The notes under the pieces were generated by a model. It was not told the origin of the DNA. It ran no database searches and saw only the letters and a program-made list of their open reading frames with translations. A DNA stretch of 63,482 bases, counting the filler, from Trichomonas gallinae (lineage: Eukaryota), in NCBI GenBank assembly GCA_008369845.1. It is 4 parts of 4 records of this genome, joined end to end, with 100 filler letters (N's around TTAATTAATTAA, not from the genome) between each part and the next. Parts side by side here need not be neighbours in the genome. Positions count along the whole stretch, not along the records: positions 39,692 to 61,778 come from MRSU01001443.1; 3 more parts are not named here. One strand, written 5' to 3'. Numbering within the stretch: position 1 is the stretch's first letter; each line of letters starts with the position of its first letter. Positions 42,064 to 52,049 of this stretch are shown here, one piece after another. The position numbers and the translations under genes are program-made.

Positions 42064-43344
42064 ATGTCTATTCCATCTGTTGATTTTGGGAATAGGCGTT
42101 CTAGAATTCAGCGAACTATCAATAGACCAGCCACAGGATCATCCACTAGACAGCCTAGGAGACGTATTTCGTACGTAAAAGAGCAAAAAAAGCCAATTTT
42201 GTTAGGTAATCACAAAGATGAGTCTTCTGATCTGGAATCAGATGACGACATGATTACAGTCAATTCACCACGCAATTTAACAGAAATTTCCTCAGATACA
42301 GATTCTGATTCGGATTCTCCACCGCAAGAAAACCAAGTTACATGGGCAGCACAAGCCAATGACAACAGAAAAGAAGTCCGAGAAACAATTGAGCCTCCAA
42401 AAACAGAAATGAAAATTAAGACACTGAAACGAACAAGAGTAACCAGAAAAGCACACCTAAGTCATAATGAAGTTTTCGAAGTTAAGGAAGAAGAAGATAA
42501 TAACGAGCCAGTTGAGCAGAAAATTGAAAAAATTTCTGAAATCAGGAAAAAACATAATCGTATAGAATCAAAATCAACGCCAAATACAGAAAGACAAGAT
42601 AAAGATCTCATATCTACACTATTTAATGATCCATCGATTAAAATACGCAAAAATTTATCTCAAGGTCCATCTTATAAAGTTTTGATGCAGGAGAGTGCAA
42701 TGATATTAGATCCCATTCCTACTGGGCAGCAAATTTATACTATTTTAAGACATAAAGGATCATTCGGTAAAGTTTCGTTTAATTTCCTTTTCAATGACAA
42801 GTCTGCATACTATGCTGTCTTGTCTAAAGATGCTCTATCATCAATCTTTGTAATTTCAACGAAACAACCAGTTACAACAGATTCATCGGGATTTCAAGGA
42901 TATGTGAGAGTTTCTGGTAGTAGAAAACGATTTACGCTTGTTTCCAAGTATTTGAAGCCTAATGATGATAGAGAAGGTTGTTTACTAGGCTGTTTCTTTT
43001 CAAAGAATCAAAATGGAAACAGAACACTTAGAATTGCAATGCCACCAGTCTTGTCGCCTTTCTTCCCTATATCTAGGCGAATGGAATTGTCACATGTCGC
43101 TAAATCTCCTGAAAAATTAGATCGATTTGTTTATTACGAGACAGAACAGTTGCCAACTGATTTATTTGACGCAGACCTTGTCGAAAAAAGCATCAAAAAC
43201 TTTATAATTTGTGATGATCAAAAGAATCATATTTTCCAATTTTTCAAAGCCTCTGAGAATCAGTTCAGAGTCAAATCCACAGCTCCGTTTAATCGACTAA
43301 TGTGCTTTGGATTGTGTATCGCTATGATATACTCAAAAGAATAA
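42064..43344 (+). CDS. Tubby C-terminal domain-like protein
   Basis: Disordered N-terminus; SIKNF, FQFFK..ENQF and PFNRLMCFGLCIAMI correspond to Tubby SVKNF, QFG and YP...QAF.I motifs. GTCACTTTT just upstream. Confidence 0.75.
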   Translation: MSIPSVDFGNRRSRIQRTINRPATGSSTRQPRRRISYVKEQKKPILLGNHKDESSDLESDDDMITVNSPRNLTEISSDTDSDSDSPPQENQVTWAAQANDNRKEVRETIEPPKTEMKIKTLKRTRVTRKAHLSHNEVFEVKEEEDNNEPVEQKIEKISEIRKKHNRIESKSTPNTERQDKDLISTLFNDPSIKIRKNLSQGPSYKVLMQESAMILDPIPTGQQIYTILRHKGSFGKVSFNFLFNDKSAYYAVLSKDALSSIFVISTKQPVTTDSSGFQGYVRVSGSRKRFTLVSKYLKPNDDREGCLLGCFFSKNQNGNRTLRIAMPPVLSPFFPISRRMELSHVAKSPEKLDRFVYYETEQLPTDLFDADLVEKSIKNFIICDDQKNHIFQFFKASENQFRVKSTAPFNRLMCFGLCIAMIYSKE

Positions 43345-43608
43345 TTGTTTGAAATAAATATTTGTTTATTAATATTAATCAACCAATAATCTTTTTAACA
43401 TGATCAATCTTGCTAATATTTTATGTGTAAATATGAAAAATTATTAAATTTCAAGAATCATAAATTAAAAATATAGAACATTGCATAAAATAGAAGCTAA
43501 ACATGTAAACATCTAGTTGATAGGTATAATAATAAGATACTAATTTTAATGCGATGCTATAAATTAATACATAATATTTTAGGTAATTTTGCTCATGAAA
43601 TTATGATT

Positions 43609-44778
43609 TTACTCATATATAATAATTAGTGAATAGAGCATTAAAAGAAAACGATCATTGTAGATGTTGCATTCACGCGTGTTGCAGAAGTCATAATATG
43701 AACTTATTATAGTGATTGCAGCTTCGCCGTTACCACTGTGGCCAACAATAACTTGACCGCGTGGATCGGGCATGTGTTTTGAGCCATCAATCATCAATGT
43801 GTTCTCAAAGAACAATGTAGAGAAGTGGAATCGATCATCTATGCTAGTGATGTTGTTTTCTTCTGGCGAAGGAGACTTGCAGCCGTAATGGCCACTGATG
43901 TATGAGCTTCCTCCTGCAGCTGATGCACCGACATAATAGCTCAAAGAAAAGAATGTCTGATCGATGCCACCACGATATCCAGCACCTGCACCGCCGGTGG
44001 ATCCTCCACCAGCTGGATCACTATGTACATCACCATTATCTTTACCATCAGCGCCAATTCCTAAGACTCCAATGTCTTGCGTTCCTCCTTTGGTAAATTT
44101 GGTGACGTCAGAGGCAACTAGCTCCCCACCATGGCCTGCGTATGCAATCATATAGGTTCCCGGCTGATCCTTTTCTGCACAGGAGCCTCCTCCTGCGCCT
44201 GCAACCATGATGCGGCTTTTAATAGATTCTGTGAATTCGGTTTTATTCAATTTTGATGCGTTGTAATCTTTCAATCTTATGTCGACAGCACCACCGCCTC
44301 CAGCTGAACTTTCTGGGTAGGATTGGTCATTTGTATCTATTCCTCCATTCCCACCACCGTTCCAGCCACCATATGAACGAGGGCTTCGAGTTGTGGTCGT
44401 GAGATCTTCGCCTTTTGCGCCAATATAGAGAAATAACTTTAAATTTCGTTTAATCGTTATTTCTCCTTTCGTGTAAGCTCCTTTACCGCCCGTGTTTGGT
44501 CGAGCTTCAGTTGATGGAGGTTGATTTCCACGACTGTCACCGCCTTGGGCACCCCAAAGCTCAATACAATATCTTCCTGGTGATAATGTTAGCTTGTAAG
44601 GTGAACATTCACGTGTGCTTTCGCATGGGTAGGGAAATACGATTTTTTTATCTCTTTCAACAGTGAATGGAGGCCTAAATATTTCACCATTGAACGAATA
44701 TTGAATATTTTCATTGATACAAATAAGTCCCTAATGTGTCAGTATCCTACTTTTGCAATATTCAAAAAATGATGTCAT
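43609..44778 (-). pseudogene. Glycine-rich (ALK/LTK-type Gly_rich domain) surface-protein gene with in-frame TAG near the 5' end
   Basis: The frame is open from 44730 to 43609 (PGRYCIELWGAQGG, GGKGAYTKG, LFLYIGAKG, GGWNGGG, GGGGAVDIR, SRIMVAGAGGG, GGSSYISG, GHSGNG). TAG at 44733-44731; nearest in-frame upstream ATG at 44778. Confidence 0.75.
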
Positions 44779-45318
44779 CCATATTTGACAATCTGACATG
44801 TAAAAAAATTCTAAAATAGTTGTGATACTTTTCACCGATTCATTCAATTTTGAATTCACCTTGAAAAGAATAACAACTATTTCAAAATGTATTGATACTT
44901 TCTGCGGTTTTGAGCTTCGCTCAAACCGCAAAAGTGTCAAACATTTTGCGAATAAAATAATAATTTATATACATAATAATAAGGATCTATTGATAGTAAT
45001 ACTATTGTACTTCATGGGTCACCTGTTTAATATCTTTCTCACCATGCTCAATTAAACTCAAATCGAAGAAATAATCAACATGTAATTTTTCTATTTTTCT
45101 TTCTTTGTCGCGTAAAGTTAAAAATTGTCATGTAAAATAATAGAAATATATTGTCAGCAAATCACTGTAATCAGAAAAGCTTTGTTATTAAAAATTGAAA
45201 ACATAAAAGGATTTCATTGTAAAGAAGGTTATGGGATGGTGAAGGAAAAATGTAGCCGTTTAAAATTAAACTAACGTATTTTTTTACAAAAATTTTTTGC
45301 TGAAAAAAAATTTTAAAA

Positions 45319-48258
45319 ATGCTTCCTAGAGTTTCAAGAGCGAAAACATCTTTGCGAACTCCAAGGAAAGCAAAAACAGTTGATGATCAGCCTATTGTTC
45401 CATCTGTTGTTGGCAAAAAGGCAAGTATTCCAGCAAATCAAAATACAAAATACATAAAACTCAGGCCAAAAAGAAAAATACCAGATAATCCTAATGTAAA
45501 AAAGATAGAAGATCTTAAAACTGATTGTGACAAGATAATAAAACTATCAATGGATTTCATCGATTCAAATTCAGCGACACCAGAGATTTCACAAGCTATA
45601 CTAGTACCACTTGCAAAGTTTCAAAACACTTTACCACAATATTACGAATCTACTCATCACTTTTTTGAAACATTCGCGAAAATTCAAAGTTTTACACAAA
45701 CAGCGCAAATTGTCTCAACACAATCAATAAGGACGCCAGTTTTAAACTTTACAAAAGCTTGGGAAAGATTTGTCATCGCTTTCAACAAAATGAAAAATGG
45801 CGACAACATTCCACATGCACATTTAGTATTGTCTAAGTTTGATCAAATAAAAATCACTCTAGATTATATTGACAAAGCTAACAATGAGAGGAAATTCCCA
45901 AGCTCCTTCGTGACAAACTGTACCCGCTCATTAAAATTGCTCTGCGATAACATATCAAGCAAAGTCGTCGATTTATTCAAGCAGCCGATTTTTCCTTTCT
46001 TCGATGAGGATGTTTATTCGTCATATAAAGCGACAGTAAAAAGCTTCGTTCGCTTGATAAATGAAGCCTTCATGAATGAATTACCACAGAGCGGCCTATC
46101 AGCTATAGATCTGAATAGACACAAGCAGAGTATTGTACTTGACTGCAGCGATATAATCAAATCAATGAGGACGTCATTCGATTATCCAAACGCGATAAAA
46201 GAAATTGGAGATCTACTGGAATCCATTGAAAAACAGCGTCAATATATAGACGAGCAGTTCAATTTCCCCAACAATGTCGTTCATCCATTAGCAGAAAATC
46301 AATCATTGACTCAGAGTGAAACAGATAATAAACTCGTTGACGAAGTAGAAAAAATTTTCGAAGAAACAAAAACTGAAAATGAAAGCGAAACAAATAACGT
46401 GATAGAAAGAAACCTTCCTAACAGTCCTATTGATGAGTCTCCTTATCCAAGGAAAACAAAGCTTTTTGATGAAAAAATAATGAAATCAATTTTCGGTAAA
46501 ATCGGTGCCGATTATAGACCAGAAGAAACAATCGACGAGATGCTGACGATTATAGAAATGAACCTTGACGGGCTGATAGAAAGAAACTCGGTTGTCAATG
46601 ATCAAAATAATTTATACGCAAAGAGAATTGATAAACTAACAAATGATCTGAATGAAGCTAAAACTATAAACGAAGATAAATTCAATATAATGAGCGTAGA
46701 TGCCCAAGCTAAACTTGAAAATGAGCAGAAACTAACAAAAGAATTGGAAGAACTACAAAAGAAGGAAAGAGAAATGCACCAGCAAATATTTCAACTGCAA
46801 GCAAAATTATCTAAAGCAAGCAAAAACGATGATACTTTGTATTTAAGAGAGGCGATGATGAGAATCGCAAAGAAAGGATCTGAGTATTTTAAGATTGATT
46901 TCGATCAGCAAAATTTTGTTGGAAAAATGGATTCGAAAGATGGAGATTTGATTAATTTCATATTAAAGTTCTTTGATACTCCATGCAAAGAGTGCGCAAT
47001 TAATAATGAGAAATTGTTAAATATCAAGAAAGAAATGAATGAGATAACAGAAAGCGAAAATAAAGAAATTGAAGAAAACATCGAAATAATTAAAGAGAAA
47101 TTTAAAGACTGGGAAGAAATGCAGAACATTCTCTCGAATGAAGTAAGTAATCTCATAGACTCCCTTGAGATGATACTCAGGTCAGATGGAAGGATAAATG
47201 AGCCATTCGAACTTACATCGCAAAATGCGACTGTTGGCAAAATCCAAAAGAAAATCCAGAATTTAACTGAAGAACTTCAAAAGTTGAATGAAACTTTTGA
47301 TTCATTCTTAGGTGAGACTTGTTTATTGTTCAACAGAGATGTTCCTCTTAATAGGAATCAAAGGATGGATCTCATTCAAGAGATGATAAATCAATATCAA
47401 AATAGAATAGAAAAACTCAGACAGAAGAAGAAAGAAAAGAAAGAAAAAATCGAAAGAATGAAAGGAAAGATTGATGTCATAACGGAATATGTAGGTCCAT
47501 ACTTCTCAACGAATAAAACGAAAGTATTAGTTTCCGAAATAAAGGAAGGATGTGATCCAATCCAGCAAAAAATTGACACGGTGATGAAAATTTCCGAAGA
47601 CATTAAATCAGCAGCAAAAGGAATTTGTGCCAGAATATTAGGAATGGTCAAACTAGATTTCTCACCTGAGATGCCAATAGACATGCTTATCACAACAATG
47701 AATAACATCTGCGACTCGTTGCAAGATGACCGCGAGAAAATTTTGATGGAAAGAAAGCAGGCAGTCGACGACATGAAAATGATGAGAAACTGCTTGAATT
47801 TCTGCGATTTGCACTTGAGAAGCCATGTTAGCTATCTTCCTATTGATGTTGATGTTCTAACTAACGAGCAAATAATGAAGAGAGTTCAAGACATGATCAT
47901 CAAAATCGACAACATGGAATACTCAGGAAGATACATTCAAAAGAGTCAAGTCGAATCTGTCATCGCTGAAGCTAAGAAATTCCAATTTGTTCAGTCATCT
48001 AGTAATGTTATTACAACACTATCGTCCATAATGAATAGGTATATAACACTTGAGAAGACGTCACGTGCAGCTGCGCAGATTTATTTGGCCTGCAGTGGCT
48101 TCGACTTCTCGAAAATCGCTGAACTTCATCATGCTGCGAAAAATGTTGATAGAGCAGTCTTAGATCCAACAATAATGAACTGCATTGACCAATTGATTAC
48201 AGTCGTTGATGCTTCTTCAACACAATATGTTAGAAGCGCTTTAGGACTTAGTAATTAA
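45319..48258 (+). CDS. Large hypothetical coiled-coil protein
   Basis: 979-aa ORF with extensive heptad regions. Confidence 0.8.
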   Translation: MLPRVSRAKTSLRTPRKAKTVDDQPIVPSVVGKKASIPANQNTKYIKLRPKRKIPDNPNVKKIEDLKTDCDKIIKLSMDFIDSNSATPEISQAILVPLAKFQNTLPQYYESTHHFFETFAKIQSFTQTAQIVSTQSIRTPVLNFTKAWERFVIAFNKMKNGDNIPHAHLVLSKFDQIKITLDYIDKANNERKFPSSFVTNCTRSLKLLCDNISSKVVDLFKQPIFPFFDEDVYSSYKATVKSFVRLINEAFMNELPQSGLSAIDLNRHKQSIVLDCSDIIKSMRTSFDYPNAIKEIGDLLESIEKQRQYIDEQFNFPNNVVHPLAENQSLTQSETDNKLVDEVEKIFEETKTENESETNNVIERNLPNSPIDESPYPRKTKLFDEKIMKSIFGKIGADYRPEETIDEMLTIIEMNLDGLIERNSVVNDQNNLYAKRIDKLTNDLNEAKTINEDKFNIMSVDAQAKLENEQKLTKELEELQKKEREMHQQIFQLQAKLSKASKNDDTLYLREAMMRIAKKGSEYFKIDFDQQNFVGKMDSKDGDLINFILKFFDTPCKECAINNEKLLNIKKEMNEITESENKEIEENIEIIKEKFKDWEEMQNILSNEVSNLIDSLEMILRSDGRINEPFELTSQNATVGKIQKKIQNLTEELQKLNETFDSFLGETCLLFNRDVPLNRNQRMDLIQEMINQYQNRIEKLRQKKKEKKEKIERMKGKIDVITEYVGPYFSTNKTKVLVSEIKEGCDPIQQKIDTVMKISEDIKSAAKGICARILGMVKLDFSPEMPIDMLITTMNNICDSLQDDREKILMERKQAVDDMKMMRNCLNFCDLHLRSHVSYLPIDVDVLTNEQIMKRVQDMIIKIDNMEYSGRYIQKSQVESVIAEAKKFQFVQSSSNVITTLSSIMNRYITLEKTSRAAAQIYLACSGFDFSKIAELHHAAKNVDRAVLDPTIMNCIDQLITVVDASSTQYVRSALGLSN

Positions 48259-48692
48259 CCAATTTGTTTTTTATATTATTTATTTTGTATGTATTTAAAC
48301 AGTAACTATACTTGAAAATCAAAGCATTTATCTAAACCTAATTTTCATGTCATGAAAAAAAAAACAGAAATGCAATGTCATTCACTGGTATAGGAAATTT
48401 GTTTACTAGACAGATAATTTTAAAAAATAATAGAAGCATAAACAATAATATTGACTCACGAGAGAATGGCAATTATACAGCTTTGATTTTGGCTTCATGT
48501 AATCGTCAAATCTCTATTATCACATTCAATAATAGATGTCAATGAAAAAAAAAGAAAAACAGCTTTGATTTATCTTCAAGAGATGGTCATCAATTAATTG
48601 TTGATATAATGAATAACAAGACGTGTATTGAGTATATTTATGATGAAAGATGATAGAGTTAAATTAACGCACACAAACAAAGTAATTTTATT

Positions 48693-50000
48693 CTAATGAA
48701 GATTCGCTACGATAAAAGAAGCGAGATTTGCAACTGTCATTGCTCTTTCTAATGCCAAACTTTCATGTTTCTTCTCAAAAAACTCAGGATCGAAATCCCA
48801 GCCAATTGCTTCAATATACTCAAGAACTATCGTCATCTCCTTCTGTATGACAAAGAACCCAGCGGAGTATCCATCGGGCAGCCAGTTTGCATTTACTCCT
48901 TTCTTGAAACTTTCGCATTTTTGATTATCTCTAACAGCCCTAACGAAATTGTTACTCTTTATCATGGAGAATGTAATGGATCCACAGTTGTGTTCCATTG
49001 TTTCGTATGAAATCAGTGGCGCTGTCCATAATTCTCTATTATATAATTTCGCCATCCATAATTTGATTGTTGGCTTCATATGCATCATGTCAGCATCCTG
49101 CTCCTGGTACACTAAGTCAGCGTCTTGCCAGAGGTTCATTGTGACAAATGACATGATCATATTCATGATTTGAGGAATTTGCGAAGTTAAATTCATAGAA
49201 AGACTTCCCCTGTATATATTTACAGTTCCTGGTGAATTAAATAAGTAATTATCTGCTACAGGACTTGATAAAACTAAATAATCATAATTCATTTTGAAAC
49301 AAAAAGGATGTCTAAATAATTCTTTTTGAAAACTTGTGTATTGGAGTGAAGACACTTCGTGGAACAATGCTATTGGATCAATCGCTTCCATTGCGAGAAT
49401 ATTTGAAGAATATTCTAGTAAAAAGCCATATTGACTTGAAAATGCGTCTTCTGGGTTTTTCTTCGTGAGTATATCAATAGCAATAGGTATTTGCTTGTCA
49501 ATTGTCGAAAAAATTAATTCTGGAAATTCAAAAATTGAAGCTTCTGATGAAATTTTTGGTTGTATCTGTATATCTGATGATATGGGTATGGTTCTGACAA
49601 GTAAAAGCTTCTGATTCTTTTTATAAATCGTTTGAACGATTTGTTCAATAATTTTTTTCGTCGAATTGAATGAAAGACTGTTGAATCCGAACTTCTGGTA
49701 CTTCCTGGTGAATTCTGGTAAAACAATCCAATAAGGTTCCAAATTCAAAATTATCGAAAATTTCTTAATTTGGGGATCCATGCACAATATATGACTGTAT
49801 GAGATCTCCATAGCGATTTCGTATACTTTTTCTTTGTCCTTGTCGGATGGAAATAAAACATAAAAATTTTCTTGTGTAAAAAAGAGGTGAACATTGTCGT
49901 GTTTGTAACGAGATACGTGTGAGTTCATTTTTATATCAGAAATGCATTCATTTGTCATGCTGAGATCGTCAATCTTGTCTGGACTACACAGCATTGACAT
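48693..50000 (-). CDS. Hypothetical protein
   Basis: ~435-aa ORF from the ATG at 50000; no motif recognised. Confidence 0.7.
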   Translation of the reverse strand: MSMLCSPDKIDDLSMTNECISDIKMNSHVSRYKHDNVHLFFTQENFYVLFPSDKDKEKVYEIAMEISYSHILCMDPQIKKFSIILNLEPYWIVLPEFTRKYQKFGFNSLSFNSTKKIIEQIVQTIYKKNQKLLLVRTIPISSDIQIQPKISSEASIFEFPELIFSTIDKQIPIAIDILTKKNPEDAFSSQYGFLLEYSSNILAMEAIDPIALFHEVSSLQYTSFQKELFRHPFCFKMNYDYLVLSSPVADNYLFNSPGTVNIYRGSLSMNLTSQIPQIMNMIMSFVTMNLWQDADLVYQEQDADMMHMKPTIKLWMAKLYNRELWTAPLISYETMEHNCGSITFSMIKSNNFVRAVRDNQKCESFKKGVNANWLPDGYSAGFFVIQKEMTIVLEYIEAIGWDFDPEFFEKKHESLALERAMTVANLASFIVANLH

Positions 50001-50480
50001 ATAATGAAACAAATCTCATAATATATTGATCATCATCCTCTATTATCACCTATAAACCCTATGAAATCTGTATTATTCAATATTTTTTGTTAATAAAATA
50101 ATCAGAATTGAACTATTAATAATGGAATGATTTATGATTATTTTATGAAGAGTATATATCGTATGAATGACTTATATTAATTCATTGTTGAGAAATAAAA
50201 TAAATGAAATATTGTAAAAAAATTAGAAGTTCATAATGATATGTTTCAATATAACATCAACAAACAAGATTTATTTGACTTTAAATAATATATTTTCCGA
50301 ATTCGAAATAAAATCAATTAAAGTAGTTGCTTAAGAGCCTTATTTCAACAGCTGTAAAGATTATTAAACATATATATATTAATATATTTTGGTTAGAATG
50401 AAATATATCAATATGTCTATAAAATATTTTCTAAATATTAGCATATAAATATGACTATGTACGCTGAAGTGATGTTGTTT

Positions 50481-51464
50481 CTATTGCCATCCTGCTAACA
50501 TTGCTTGAATTCTTTCATCAATGTCAAAAAGGCATTTTCCGATATGTGGGAATTCTAAAATTAATGGGAATAAGAACTGTATTTGTGTATCGTTGTAGTC
50601 TTGAAGGATACTCGCAAAAACATCATAATACATTTTTGAAACTGGATCTGTGACGCCTTTGATTTCATATGCTAAATCTGATATCTGTGGTGGATAAATA
50701 TATGATAAAGGAAAACTGAAATTAAACTTAGAAATCACCGATCCAAGTAACCCAAGAGCTTTGCGTATCACTGGTATCTCATAGAATGATAAATCTGATG
50801 TAAACAAGACATGGAGGAATGGGCGATTGTTTATAGCTTGAACGAGCAACTCTGCGAATTGAAGAGTTGGAGATTCAATGTAAATTTGAAAAATAGATAC
50901 CATTAGCGACGGAGAAATCATATTAGAAGTAATATCTATCGACTGAATTAGTTTTGGAGGAATTTCAAGTTTTCGATTTTCTAATTCTTCGAGTAAATAT
51001 AATATTAATTGCTGTGGTGGATTTGATAGGGCTATTGTACTAAGTTTCTCGTTGGTAAGTGATTGAAAATATTCTTTTGGATATTGATATATTGCTTTTA
51101 GCATCAATTGTGCTTTAGATCTCGATTTATTGCTTCCCTTTTTCTGCATTTTCTGGAATTTCCTTAGTAAGTTCGCAGCCCAAAGAGTGACCGGATCTTT
51201 TGCATCATCTCGTTTGGTTACGAATTTAAGCAAAACTTCAGTAAGCAAATCGCTAACTTGTGGTTCTACGCATAAATACGGATTAGTAATCAGTTTTTCG
51301 ATATTTTTTGGAATAAAATCAAATTCTCTCGTAATCCGTTTCAAATCGTATTCTTCCACATAATCTGCGTATCTCCTCAGCTGTTCTAAGAATTCTGACG
51401 GAATGTCTTGAGCAGGATTTTGGGCAAAATTATCAATAAATGCTGCTACTTCATAACTTTTCAT
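50481..51464 (-). CDS. Hypothetical helical protein
   Basis: ~327-aa ORF; two TCACTTTT Inr-like motifs immediately upstream on the minus strand. Confidence 0.7.
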   Translation of the reverse strand: MKSYEVAAFIDNFAQNPAQDIPSEFLEQLRRYADYVEEYDLKRITREFDFIPKNIEKLITNPYLCVEPQVSDLLTEVLLKFVTKRDDAKDPVTLWAANLLRKFQKMQKKGSNKSRSKAQLMLKAIYQYPKEYFQSLTNEKLSTIALSNPPQQLILYLLEELENRKLEIPPKLIQSIDITSNMISPSLMVSIFQIYIESPTLQFAELLVQAINNRPFLHVLFTSDLSFYEIPVIRKALGLLGSVISKFNFSFPLSYIYPPQISDLAYEIKGVTDPVSKMYYDVFASILQDYNDTQIQFLFPLILEFPHIGKCLFDIDERIQAMLAGWQ

Positions 51465-52049
51465 CAAAATGCAAAAGTGAGCAAAAAGTGAACATTTTCC
51501 TATGATATTTATATATAAAACTTATCTCATTATATAATTTACTTAACATAGGTACTATATTTATGCTGATTATTCCTATATTCCATGTATTGAATCTTTT
51601 TTACTAAACAAAACTTGTTCATGAATTTATGTTTATTAAAACATTTTAATAATGTTTTAAATTAATGAGTATCAGATAAATAACTAAAATAAGTAGAAAT
51701 TTTTTTAAAAAAATATTTTCTTTTTTCAATATTCAACATGAACAAAGAGAGTTGAAAAGTTAATGAAATAAATGATTATTACAACTTGTGTTCCATCAAT
51801 ATTGTACATATGCAACCTCAAATTCTCATTAAAAATTAAGATATCAAATATTTATTTTAATACATTAGAATGTGTAAAATATGTTTGCTGAATTCATTTC
51901 TGTCATAATATTTACTGTGTTTTATGATTTCAAAAAGTTTTCCAATTATTAATAATTTTGATGCGAAATAAACCATAAAAATATAATATTTATTATATCA
52001 AACAAAAATCTATACACATTAAAACAAGTAATAACAAAAAATAATAACA

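Noticed and set aside
44731..44756. Short spliceosomal intron removing the TAG in the Gly-rich gene
   Set aside because: Candidate 20-nt (GT) and 26-nt (GC) introns do not join an ATG in frame, and the donors do not match the GTAYGT consensus.
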